NCBI GenBank assembly: GCA_039930765.1
Contig: JBDTTF010000185.1
Span: 17,441 to 81,440 of the forward strand
Length of the DNA: 64,000 bases
Reading direction: 5' to 3'
Source of the DNA: Gemmatimonadota bacterium
GTDB taxonomy: Bacteria > Gemmatimonadota > Gemmatimonadetes > Gemmatimonadales > GWC2-71-9
The notes beneath the pieces were generated by a model that worked only from the letters and a program-made list of their open reading frames with translations, made no database searches and was not told where the DNA came from. Shown here piece by piece: positions 8,283-18,095 of this stretch. Position 1 is the stretch's first letter, and each line of letters starts with the position of its first letter. A program made the position numbers and the translations under genes.

Positions 8283-10222
8283 AATTTCTCCTGCTGTACT
8301 CGCCCGGCTGGCGCCCCGCTCCGGTAGCGGAGGCGCTGGCGCAGGATCAGGTCGAGTGCCGGCCGCTGGCCCCATCGGATCCGGCCGTGCTCGATGAGCG
8401 GCCGACGGTGTACCTGCTTGATCCGGCCGACCGCGATGAAGCCACTACGCCGAGGCTGGCCGCACTGGTCGAAGCTGGAGTGGCCATCGTGGCGCTGGGC
8501 GCCCTCGATGAGGAGGACCTGCCGGAAACGATGGCGCCCGAACAGCTGGCGGCCTTTGTCCGGGCGCCGGTACCGCCCCGAACCCTGCTGCTGGCGTTGC
8601 GCAGCGCCTTCAAGATTGCGGTTTCCAGAAAAGAGACCGCTCGGGCCCGGGTTGAGGCGGCCGCCCGGTTGAGCGAGCTGACGGAGCTCACCGATATCGG
8701 GATGCGGCTGACCACGGAAAAACATTACGATACCCTGCTCGACCTGATCCTGAGCCAGGCCCGGCGCATCACCCAGGCCGATGCCGGCAGTCTCTACATC
8801 GTGGAGACCTCCGAGACCGGGATCCGGCGGTTGCGCTTCAAGCTGAGCCAGAATCACAGCCGGCCCGACATCCCGTTCGTCGAAACCACCATGACCCTCG
8901 ATCACACCTCGCTGGCGGGCTACGCCGCCACCGAGGGCGAAGCGCTGGTCATCGACGACGTCTACATGCTGCCCAGCGACGTGGCCTACGCCTTCAATCG
9001 TTCATTCGACGAGCGGTACGGCTACCGCACCAAGTCGATGCTGGTCATCCCGATGCAGAACCATCAGTGCGATGTGATCGGGGTGCTGCAGCTGATCAAT
9101 CGCAAGCGGGACGGCGAGGCGGTACTGACCGACACCAATGCCGCCAACCGCCAGGTGGTGGCGTTCAGTCCTCATACCGTCAAGCTGGTCAAGTCGCTGG
9201 CGGGGCAGGCGGCAGTCTCGATTGAGAACAGCCAGCTGTACGAGTCGATCGAGCGGCTGTTCGAGGGGTTCGTCCGCGCGGCGGTCACGGCCATCGAGCA
9301 GCGTGACCCGACCACCTCAGGCCATTCCGAACGGGTGGCGTCGATGTCGGTCGGACTGGCCCAGACGGTGGACCGGGCCGGCGATGGCCAGTACTCCTCC
9401 GTTCACTTCTCACCGGAGCAGGTCAGGGAGCTGCGCTACGCCAGCCTGCTGCATGATTTCGGCAAGGTCGGTGTACGGGAACAGGTACTGGTCAAGGCCA
9501 ACAAGCTGTATCCCGCCGACCTGACGCTGATTCAGCAGCGACACGACTTCATCCTGCGGTCGGTGCAGTGGCAGTACCAAAAATCCCGGGCCGATTTCCT
9601 GGCCGAACATGGACCTGGTGCGGCCTACCTCACTCGCCTGGCCGACCTCGATGCCGAGCTGGCCCGTGAAAAGGGCCGGCTCGACCGGTTCCTGCAGATC
9701 GTGGTCGATTCCAACCGGCCATCGGTCCTGGCCGAGGGCAATTTCACCGCGCTTCAGGAATTTGCCGACAGCCAGTACAACCTGATCGATGGCGCCACCG
9801 CGCCGTTCCTGAGCGGGGACGAGGTCCGTTTCCTCAGTATCCGCAAGGGCAGCCTCGATGAGCGCGAACGACTCGAGATTGAGAGCCACGTCACCCATAC
9901 CTTCGGTTTCCTGCGCAAGATTCCCTGGACCCGCGAGCTGAGCCTGGTGCCCACGATTGCCCACGGCCATCACGAGAAACTCAACGGCTCAGGCTATCCC
10001 CGGCACGTTGGCGGCGCCGAGATTCCGATCCAGACCCGAATCATGACCATCGCCGATATTTTCGACGCGCTGACGGCCCAGGACCGGCCCTACAAGCGGG
10101 CCCTGCCGGCGCCCAAGGCGCTGGATATCATGACGGAAGAGGTCCAGGGCGGGATGCTGGATCAGGAGTTGTTTCGATTGTTCGTGGAAGGCAAGGCCTT
10201 CGAGCAGGCGCGGGCGATGTAG
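8279..10222 (+). CDS. GAF + HD-GYP domain cyclic-dinucleotide phosphodiesterase, with an N-terminal degenerate receiver-like region
   Basis: GAF (ADAGSLY, GYRTKSMLVIPM, GVLQLIN); HDFGKVG, HHEKLNGSGYP and IADIFDALTA.DRPYK. Confidence 0.92.
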   Translation: MKFLLLYSPGWRPAPVAEALAQDQVECRPLAPSDPAVLDERPTVYLLDPADRDEATTPRLAALVEAGVAIVALGALDEEDLPETMAPEQLAAFVRAPVPPRTLLLALRSAFKIAVSRKETARARVEAAARLSELTELTDIGMRLTTEKHYDTLLDLILSQARRITQADAGSLYIVETSETGIRRLRFKLSQNHSRPDIPFVETTMTLDHTSLAGYAATEGEALVIDDVYMLPSDVAYAFNRSFDERYGYRTKSMLVIPMQNHQCDVIGVLQLINRKRDGEAVLTDTNAANRQVVAFSPHTVKLVKSLAGQAAVSIENSQLYESIERLFEGFVRAAVTAIEQRDPTTSGHSERVASMSVGLAQTVDRAGDGQYSSVHFSPEQVRELRYASLLHDFGKVGVREQVLVKANKLYPADLTLIQQRHDFILRSVQWQYQKSRADFLAEHGPGAAYLTRLADLDAELAREKGRLDRFLQIVVDSNRPSVLAEGNFTALQEFADSQYNLIDGATAPFLSGDEVRFLSIRKGSLDERERLEIESHVTHTFGFLRKIPWTRELSLVPTIAHGHHEKLNGSGYPRHVGGAEIPIQTRIMTIADIFDALTAQDRPYKRALPAPKALDIMTEEVQGGMLDQELFRLFVEGKAFEQARAM

Positions 10223-10300
10223 GGGCGGATCTCGGGCGGGTCGTTGACCCGCCCGAACGACCCGCCCATACCCGCCCGGGTCGAGCCGACCCGCCGCTAC
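10219..10300. repeat. GTAG-type REP-like inverted element between convergent genes
   Basis: GTAGGGGCGG (10219-10228) and CCGCCGCTAC (10291-10300); perfect 11-bp hairpin at 10232-10256; four ACCCGCC copies. Confidence 0.5.
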
Positions 10301-11832
10301 AATCCGCGCAACGGCCGGAAGATGGCCAGCCCGAGCATCCCCGCCGACAGAACCAGCGAAAGCACACCCACCCAGTCGCCCCAGCGGACATACAGCGGAA
10401 TCAGGTCACTGGTCTCGACCGGTGCGATCACGGTTGCCCGGGACTCAAGCGCGGTCTGATGCGTCACGATGCCGAGCGGACTCACCACCTCGGTGATGCC
10501 GCTGTTGGCGGCCTGGGCAATGCCGACGCGGGTCTCGATGGCGCGCATGACCAGGTGGGCGGCGTGTTGCCCCGGCGCCGTGGTGGTGCCGTACCAGGCG
10601 TCGTTGGTGATGTTGACCAGCACCTCGGCTCCCTCACGGCGGTACCTCCGGGCCAGGTCCTCGAAGGTCGACTCGAAGCAGATGATCGTCCCGACTCGGC
10701 CAATCGGCGTCTGGTACAGTGGCGTGGCCTGGCCCCGGCCAAAGGCGCCGAAGAATTTCAGCCCTTCGAGCCAGCGCGGCGGAATGAAGGGCACCCGCTC
10801 GACCACCGGCACCAGGTAGTGCTTGGCGTAGACCGGATAGTCCTGCCATCGCCCGGCCGAATCGAAATAAAAGGCGGCATTGTAGAAGGTGCCGCGGTCC
10901 TCCGCCACTTTTCCCGGGATATAGTTGAGGCCGCCGACCAGGATGGGTGTGGCCGTTTCGCGCGCCAACCGGGAGATGGCCTCCGCGTACGCCGGGCGGG
11001 CCTGGAAGGTGGCCGGCACTGCGGCCTCTGGCCACAGGACCAGGTCCGGATGGCTTGACCTGATGGCGCTGTCGGTCTGGGCCAGCATTCCAGCCACAAT
11101 GCTGCTGCTTTCGCTCTCGACCCATTTATCGCGAAAGCCGATGTTGGGCTGGATCATCGCGACGGTGCCGGCGGTGCGAATCGGCAGTGTCCGCATCCGC
11201 CAGGTGCCGAATCCAGCGGCCACGGCAATCGTGACCGCCGTAGCCACGGCCGCCGTGCGCCAACGCCTGGGATCGAGTACGGCGAACGCGATGAGACCAT
11301 TGAGCGCCGCCAGCCAGAAGGTGACGCCGCGGGCTCCGCCGATCTCGGCCCACTGGACCAGCACCGGAAAGCCGGTCAGCGTGTGACCGAGGCCGAGCCA
11401 GGGAAACTGAATATCGGGAAAGTGTCCGATGATCCATTCCACCGTGGTCCACGCCGCCGCGAAGCCGAGCCAGCGTGGCACCCGGGGAACCCGGTGCCAT
11501 ACGAGCGTCACTGCGGCGGCCATGGCACCGGTCCAGACTGACCAGAGGAGGACGGTGGCCAGATACCCGGCCACCGATAGCGGGGTGAAGTGCCAGAGCG
11601 CCACCACCATCCAGTAGAGAAAAACGCCCTGCGCCACCACTGTGGACTTGAACGCGATGCGCGCGGCGCTCCAGACCGGATCCGCTCCGTCCGCGGCCTC
11701 GGCTATGAGGACAATCAGCGGCACGACGCAGATGAAACCGGGAATCAGCAGATTGAACGGGGGGTATGCCAGAACGGTGAGCAGTGCGTGGGTCCCGATC
11801 AGCGCCCACTGGCGGCGGCCAGCAGCGGTCAC
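10297..11832 (-). CDS. lnt: Apolipoprotein N-acyltransferase
   Basis: Multiple TM helices, FPWL.LG, QPNI, WPEAA, Y.K..LVP..E, ICFE, TNDAWYG. Confidence 0.94.
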   Translation of the reverse strand: MTAAGRRQWALIGTHALLTVLAYPPFNLLIPGFICVVPLIVLIAEAADGADPVWSAARIAFKSTVVAQGVFLYWMVVALWHFTPLSVAGYLATVLLWSVWTGAMAAAVTLVWHRVPRVPRWLGFAAAWTTVEWIIGHFPDIQFPWLGLGHTLTGFPVLVQWAEIGGARGVTFWLAALNGLIAFAVLDPRRWRTAAVATAVTIAVAAGFGTWRMRTLPIRTAGTVAMIQPNIGFRDKWVESESSSIVAGMLAQTDSAIRSSHPDLVLWPEAAVPATFQARPAYAEAISRLARETATPILVGGLNYIPGKVAEDRGTFYNAAFYFDSAGRWQDYPVYAKHYLVPVVERVPFIPPRWLEGLKFFGAFGRGQATPLYQTPIGRVGTIICFESTFEDLARRYRREGAEVLVNITNDAWYGTTTAPGQHAAHLVMRAIETRVGIAQAANSGITEVVSPLGIVTHQTALESRATVIAPVETSDLIPLYVRWGDWVGVLSLVLSAGMLGLAIFRPLRGL

Positions 11833-12839
11833 AGCGCGACGTCTTTCCCGTCAGCGGCCGAGCGGTAGATCGCGTCAAGCACCTTGTGCAGGGTGATCTG
11901 CTCCTGCTGTGCCGCCGGCCGTGCCGTGCCGCTGACCGATGCCAGGAAGTGGGCCCACTGGGCGCGAGTCGCCGCGGTGAAGGGATTCTCCCGTCCGACT
12001 GACCCGGTCGGCGCCACATCGGTCGGGACGCCGTTCAATTCCTTCCAGACGTGCAGCGGGTTGATCCCGGCGGTCCCCTTGCTGCCCCTGAGCCCGACTC
12101 CGAATCGCTCGCCCTCACCAATGTGATGCCAGGTGACGTCCACAAACAGTGAGACGCCGCCTTCGCAGGTCACAAAGGCACTGCCGGACTGCTCGACCCC
12201 TTTGTCCCGGGCCGGCTTGTCCAGTGAGGCGGAGACCCGGACCGGCACCGGACCGTTGGCCAGCCAGAGCTCCAGGTCGAGGATGGCCTGCCCCAGGTCG
12301 AGCATGGCGCCGCCGCCCGCCTCATCCTTCCGCAGCCGCCAGCCCAGCTGGGCCCGTCCGGGCCGGAAGACGTGCCAGCTGCCGCGGACACTTTCGATCT
12401 CGCCCAGTTCCCCGCTCTGCACAAAGCTCCGCACCAGCTGCACATCACTGCGGTAGCGGTGGGTGGCCGAGACCATCAGGATCCGGTCCCGCTTCTCGGC
12501 CAGCTTCAGAATCTTCTGGGCGCTGGCGGCGGTCATGGTCAACGGCCGCTCGATCAGGATGTGGAGCCCGGCGCTGAGTGCCGCCACCGCGTGGGATTCG
12601 TGGAGGTGGTTGGGGGTGCAGATCACGACGGCATCGAGATCGCCGGGCTTGAGCATGTCCTCGACGTCGTCAAAGGCGCGGGCAATCTGGAACCGGTCGG
12701 CCAGCGCCTTGGCCTTGGGAAGATCGTTGTCACAGATGGCGGTGACCTCGACGCCCTTGAGCTTGCGGAGCACCGGCAGATGGGCCACCTGGGTGATGGC
12801 GCCGGCGCCGAGAATTCCGATTCGCAGTCCGTCTGTCAT
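11829..12839 (-). CDS. Gfo/Idh/MocA family oxidoreductase
   Basis: RIGILGAGAI, ICTPNHLH, IERPL, GGGAMLDLG; start moved to ATG 12839. Confidence 0.9.
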   Translation of the reverse strand: MTDGLRIGILGAGAITQVAHLPVLRKLKGVEVTAICDNDLPKAKALADRFQIARAFDDVEDMLKPGDLDAVVICTPNHLHESHAVAALSAGLHILIERPLTMTAASAQKILKLAEKRDRILMVSATHRYRSDVQLVRSFVQSGELGEIESVRGSWHVFRPGRAQLGWRLRKDEAGGGAMLDLGQAILDLELWLANGPVPVRVSASLDKPARDKGVEQSGSAFVTCEGGVSLFVDVTWHHIGEGERFGVGLRGSKGTAGINPLHVWKELNGVPTDVAPTGSVGRENPFTAATRAQWAHFLASVSGTARPAAQQEQITLHKVLDAIYRSAADGKDVAL

Positions 12840-12852
12840 GTCGCCCTCGCTG

Positions 12853-14121
12853 CTAGTAGATCCGCTGAAGATCGGTGCCCGGAAAATAGGCCTGGAGGAT
12901 CCGGCTATACGTTTGTCCGGCCCGGGCCCTGCCGACCGCTCCCCACTGACAGAAGCCGACCCCGTGCCCCGCCCCGCCGCCATCGGCGACCAGCCCCACC
13001 AGCCGTGCCCCCTCATGCTGCTCGGTCAGGCTGAACCGGGTGCTCCTGAGCAGTGCATCCGGTGAAGGCCTCAGGACCTGTCGGATATCCGGTCCCGAAA
13101 CCGTGATGACCCGGTTGCCGATATCGATCTCGACCCGATCGGCCCGGTCAGAGGCCGTGCGGCTGACCACCCGCACCCCGCGCACATCGGTGATTTCGGC
13201 GCTGCGGGCCAGCCCTTCATCGGGCAGCGTCTGCTTCAGCGTAGTGAGCAGCGCGGCGCGGGTCCACTCCTGTCGCCAGGAGAATCGTGGCGAAATTCGA
13301 CAGTAGGCTTGGCCCTGCTCATCGAGGTCGGAGACCGAACGGAGGTAGGGACGATTGGCGTTGACGTACACCTCGGTGCCGTTGGCGGTGCGCCCGCCGC
13401 AGGTGGAATGAAAAAAGGCATCAATCAACCCGCCCTGCCAGGTCAGCACCTGGCCGCTGGTTTCACGGACCGCGGCCCAGGCCAGCGGCGTTTCGCTGCC
13501 GATCCCGCCGTAGACCTGGTCCGCCACCGTGGCGTTGAGGTCGAATCCGTCAGCCTTCCGCTTGCCCAGGTTTCTGATGGCAAAAGTGCGGGACACCACG
13601 GCCTGCGCCCGCATGGCTTCAAACTCGGAGCTGTCCCGCCGTCCCATCTCGGCCGACAGGACGCCGGCCAGGTAATTCTCGAGCCCCAGTCGATCGACCA
13701 CGGTGAGTCCGCGCGCGTCACGAATGAATTCGAGCCGGCCGCGATAGGATCGCGGCCCGATCTGGATCGAGCTGGCGGGACTGGTCGGAGCCGCGATGAC
13801 CGTGGACAGCCGGCTCGAACGCCAGCCGTCGGCGCCGATCAGCACCAAGCCTTCACGCTCTGGCGCCACGGTCCACTGGGCGGACTGAGGCAGCCCCGGC
13901 ACCAGCCCTCCATCGGCGCCGATCAGGGTGAGGGGCGCATCGGAGCGGATAGCGACGGTGACTGCCCCGGTCTGCAATCCGACCCGGATTTCCGGCTCGG
14001 TGGCTCCCTGTGGTGCAGAGACCTCGGGAGCGGGCTGATCGGGAACGGGCGGGGTGCAGGTGACGACCGCGAGCGTCAACAGCAGTGTGAAGGTTCTGGT
14101 CCACCGGAAGGAACTGGCCAC
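12853..14121 (-). CDS. SpoIID/LytB domain lipoprotein (lytic transglycosylase-like)
   Basis: YRG.L, LENYLAGVLSAEM, EA.RAQAV.SRTFA, DQVYGG, FHSTCGG, GHGVG.CQWGA; lipobox-like VVTC; GTG start 14121. Confidence 0.9.
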   Translation of the reverse strand: MASSFRWTRTFTLLLTLAVVTCTPPVPDQPAPEVSAPQGATEPEIRVGLQTGAVTVAIRSDAPLTLIGADGGLVPGLPQSAQWTVAPEREGLVLIGADGWRSSRLSTVIAAPTSPASSIQIGPRSYRGRLEFIRDARGLTVVDRLGLENYLAGVLSAEMGRRDSSEFEAMRAQAVVSRTFAIRNLGKRKADGFDLNATVADQVYGGIGSETPLAWAAVRETSGQVLTWQGGLIDAFFHSTCGGRTANGTEVYVNANRPYLRSVSDLDEQGQAYCRISPRFSWRQEWTRAALLTTLKQTLPDEGLARSAEITDVRGVRVVSRTASDRADRVEIDIGNRVITVSGPDIRQVLRPSPDALLRSTRFSLTEQHEGARLVGLVADGGGAGHGVGFCQWGAVGRARAGQTYSRILQAYFPGTDLQRIY

Positions 14122-14122
14122 G

Positions 14123-14626
14123 CTAGCTGCGGTAATTCCCGAACTTGAGTTCGATCTCGAAGTCCTGGCTGCGGAGAAAGGCAATGACCGCCTGCAGTTC
14201 ATCACGGTCGGGCGCCGAGACCCGTACTTCTTCACCCTGGATGGAGGACTGGACCTTCTTGAAACCCTGGTCCTTGATGGCCTTCACGATCTTCTTGGCG
14301 ATCTCGCTGGCAATGGCCTGGGTAAGGCCGATGGTTCGGCGCACCGAGCCGGCGGAGCCGACGATCGGATCGCCGATGACGAGGTTCTTGACCGGCACGC
14401 CGCGCTTGGTCAGCTTGCCGCGCACCACGTCGAGCAAAGCTTCCATCCGGAAGTCGTCATCGGCCAGCAGCCGGATCTCGGCCTTCTCGCGGTCGAACTC
14501 GATCTCGCACTTGGTGCCCTTGAAATCGTAGCGCTGGGCGATCTCCTTGTGGGCCTGGTTGACGGCGTTGTCAACCTCCTGGAGGTCGGCGCCGGTCGAG
14601 ATATCGAAGGAAGAGTTGCTGGCCAT
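14123..14626 (-). CDS. yajQ: YajQ family nucleotide (c-di-GMP)-binding protein
   Basis: SFDI, QEVDNAVNQA.KEI.QRYDFKG, IQGEEVRV, RDELQAVI, F.NYR. Confidence 0.95.
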   Translation of the reverse strand: MASNSSFDISTGADLQEVDNAVNQAHKEIAQRYDFKGTKCEIEFDREKAEIRLLADDDFRMEALLDVVRGKLTKRGVPVKNLVIGDPIVGSAGSVRRTIGLTQAIASEIAKKIVKAIKDQGFKKVQSSIQGEEVRVSAPDRDELQAVIAFLRSQDFEIELKFGNYRS

Positions 14627-14709
14627 GGCAGTTCGGAAGGCAGAGGGTGGAAGTAGCACAAATGTATCGGCCTGATCCTCAGGGGAGAAGCGGCGGGCCA
14701 ACTTCCCAC

Positions 14710-14738
14710 TTGACGACCCGCGGGCCAATTCCTACCTT
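14710..14738 (+). promoter_or_regulatory. Sigma70-type promoter of the met operon leader
   Basis: TTGACG-N17-TACCTT immediately upstream of the riboswitch-like element. Confidence 0.7.
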
Positions 14739-14748
14739 GCGAATGCAG

Positions 14749-14816
14749 TAGGCGGTGTATTTAGGGCAACTTGCTCCCGCCTGGGCCTCACGGTCCTACC
14801 AAAGAGCTAAAGCGCC
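14749..14816 (+). ncRNA. SAM-II-like riboswitch aptamer with an extra hairpin
   Basis: P1 AGGCGG/CCGCCT; loop with ATTT and CTTGC; 3' GCTAAAG able to form the pseudoknot; GGC/GCC second pairing; inserted GGGCC-TCAC-GGTCC hairpin; upstream of metY/metX. Confidence 0.7.
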
Positions 14817-14828
14817 GGCAGGTCGTCA

Positions 14829-14866
14829 CCCCCCGCGCGCAGCAAGGCCGGGGGGCCTTTTCTTTC
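14829..14866 (+). terminator. Intrinsic terminator-like hairpin following the aptamer
   Basis: CCCCCCG...CGGGGGG 7-bp stem followed by CCTTTTCTTT. Confidence 0.5.
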
Positions 14867-14873
14867 GGACGGC

Positions 14874-14984
14874 ATGACGAGGTCGCGAATGCTCCGGACG
14901 TCCATGTGTCGCATTGAGATGATTACCAGCTGTCGGCCCTGTCCGGGTCGGCTGCGATCTCGATGTACGCGGATGCCGGGGTAA
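14874..14984 (+). CDS. Putative Met/Cys-rich attenuator leader peptide (36 aa)
   Basis: MTRSRMLRTSMCRIEMITSCRPCPGRLRSRCTRMPG*: 5 Met and 4 Cys; stop lies about 30 nt before a terminator. Confidence 0.55.
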   Translation: MTRSRMLRTSMCRIEMITSCRPCPGRLRSRCTRMPG

Positions 14985-15016
14985 TCACACCCTCGCTCCC
15001 GTTCCCCGACGATCCA

Positions 15017-15055
15017 GTCCCGGCCCTCTCACCTCGAGCGCCGGGATTTTTGTTT
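15017..15055 (+). terminator. Attenuator terminator upstream of metY
   Basis: GTCCCGGC...GCCGGGAT stem followed by TTTTGTTT, 125 nt before the metY ATG. Confidence 0.75.
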
Positions 15056-15167
15056 ACCGGTCTGTCGAGTTCGGGACGCGGCTTCCGATTACTGGACGAG
15101 TACCGCTCACCGGGCAGCCGCCATTTCTCGAATGGCACCCGGCCGATCACCACCGATGACCTGCTGA

Positions 15168-17536
<2,369 letters not shown>

Positions 17537-17567
17537 ACCAGCGGGTCAGAGGTCCGGGGAGATGCCC

Positions 17568-18095
17568 ATGGCTGTGATCGATGAATTGCTCGTGGCCAAC
17601 CGGCGGTTCTCCGGGGCCCAGCCCCAGCACCAACTGCCGATGCCGCCGGCCCGGAAGCTGGCCGCGCTGGCCTGCATGGGTGCCAGGCTCGATCCCGCTC
17701 AGGTCCTGGGGCTGGCCAAAGGAGATGCCCACGTGATCCGCAATCCCGGTGGTCGAGCCAGGGATTCCGTCCGCTCGCTGGTGGTCTCGCAGCGGCTGCC
17801 GGGCACCACGGCAAACGCGGTTGTCCGCCACCCCGATTGCGAGACGCTGACCTTCACCAACCCAACCATCCATGCCAGGATCCAGGATGACCGCTCGGCC
17901 GACGCCAGCGACATGGACTTGCTGCCGTTCGGAAATGTCGAGGTGATTGTGCGAGAGGACCTGGCCCTGCTCCGGTACTCGACGCTGATCACGCCTGACA
18001 CCGAGATCCGGGGGTTCATCTACGACGTCAAGACTGGCGGGCTCTCCGAAGTGGACACGCCTGTTTCCACCCTCACGGCGCACATCACCCGATGA
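17568..18095 (+). CDS. Beta-class carbonic anhydrase homolog (clade D-like) with a degenerate active site; possibly decaying
   Basis: LACMGARLDP (usually CMDARL), GDAHVIRNPGGR (usually NAGG), HPDCE (HxxC Zn ligands), RGFIYDVKTG.L.EV. Confidence 0.75.
   Translation: MAVIDELLVANRRFSGAQPQHQLPMPPARKLAALACMGARLDPAQVLGLAKGDAHVIRNPGGRARDSVRSLVVSQRLPGTTANAVVRHPDCETLTFTNPTIHARIQDDRSADASDMDLLPFGNVEVIVREDLALLRYSTLITPDTEIRGFIYDVKTGGLSEVDTPVSTLTAHITR

Noticed and set aside
12853-14121. SpoIID gene as evidence of sporulation
   Set aside because: SpoIID/LytB proteins are widespread in non-sporulating diderms, and no other sporulation genes are present.
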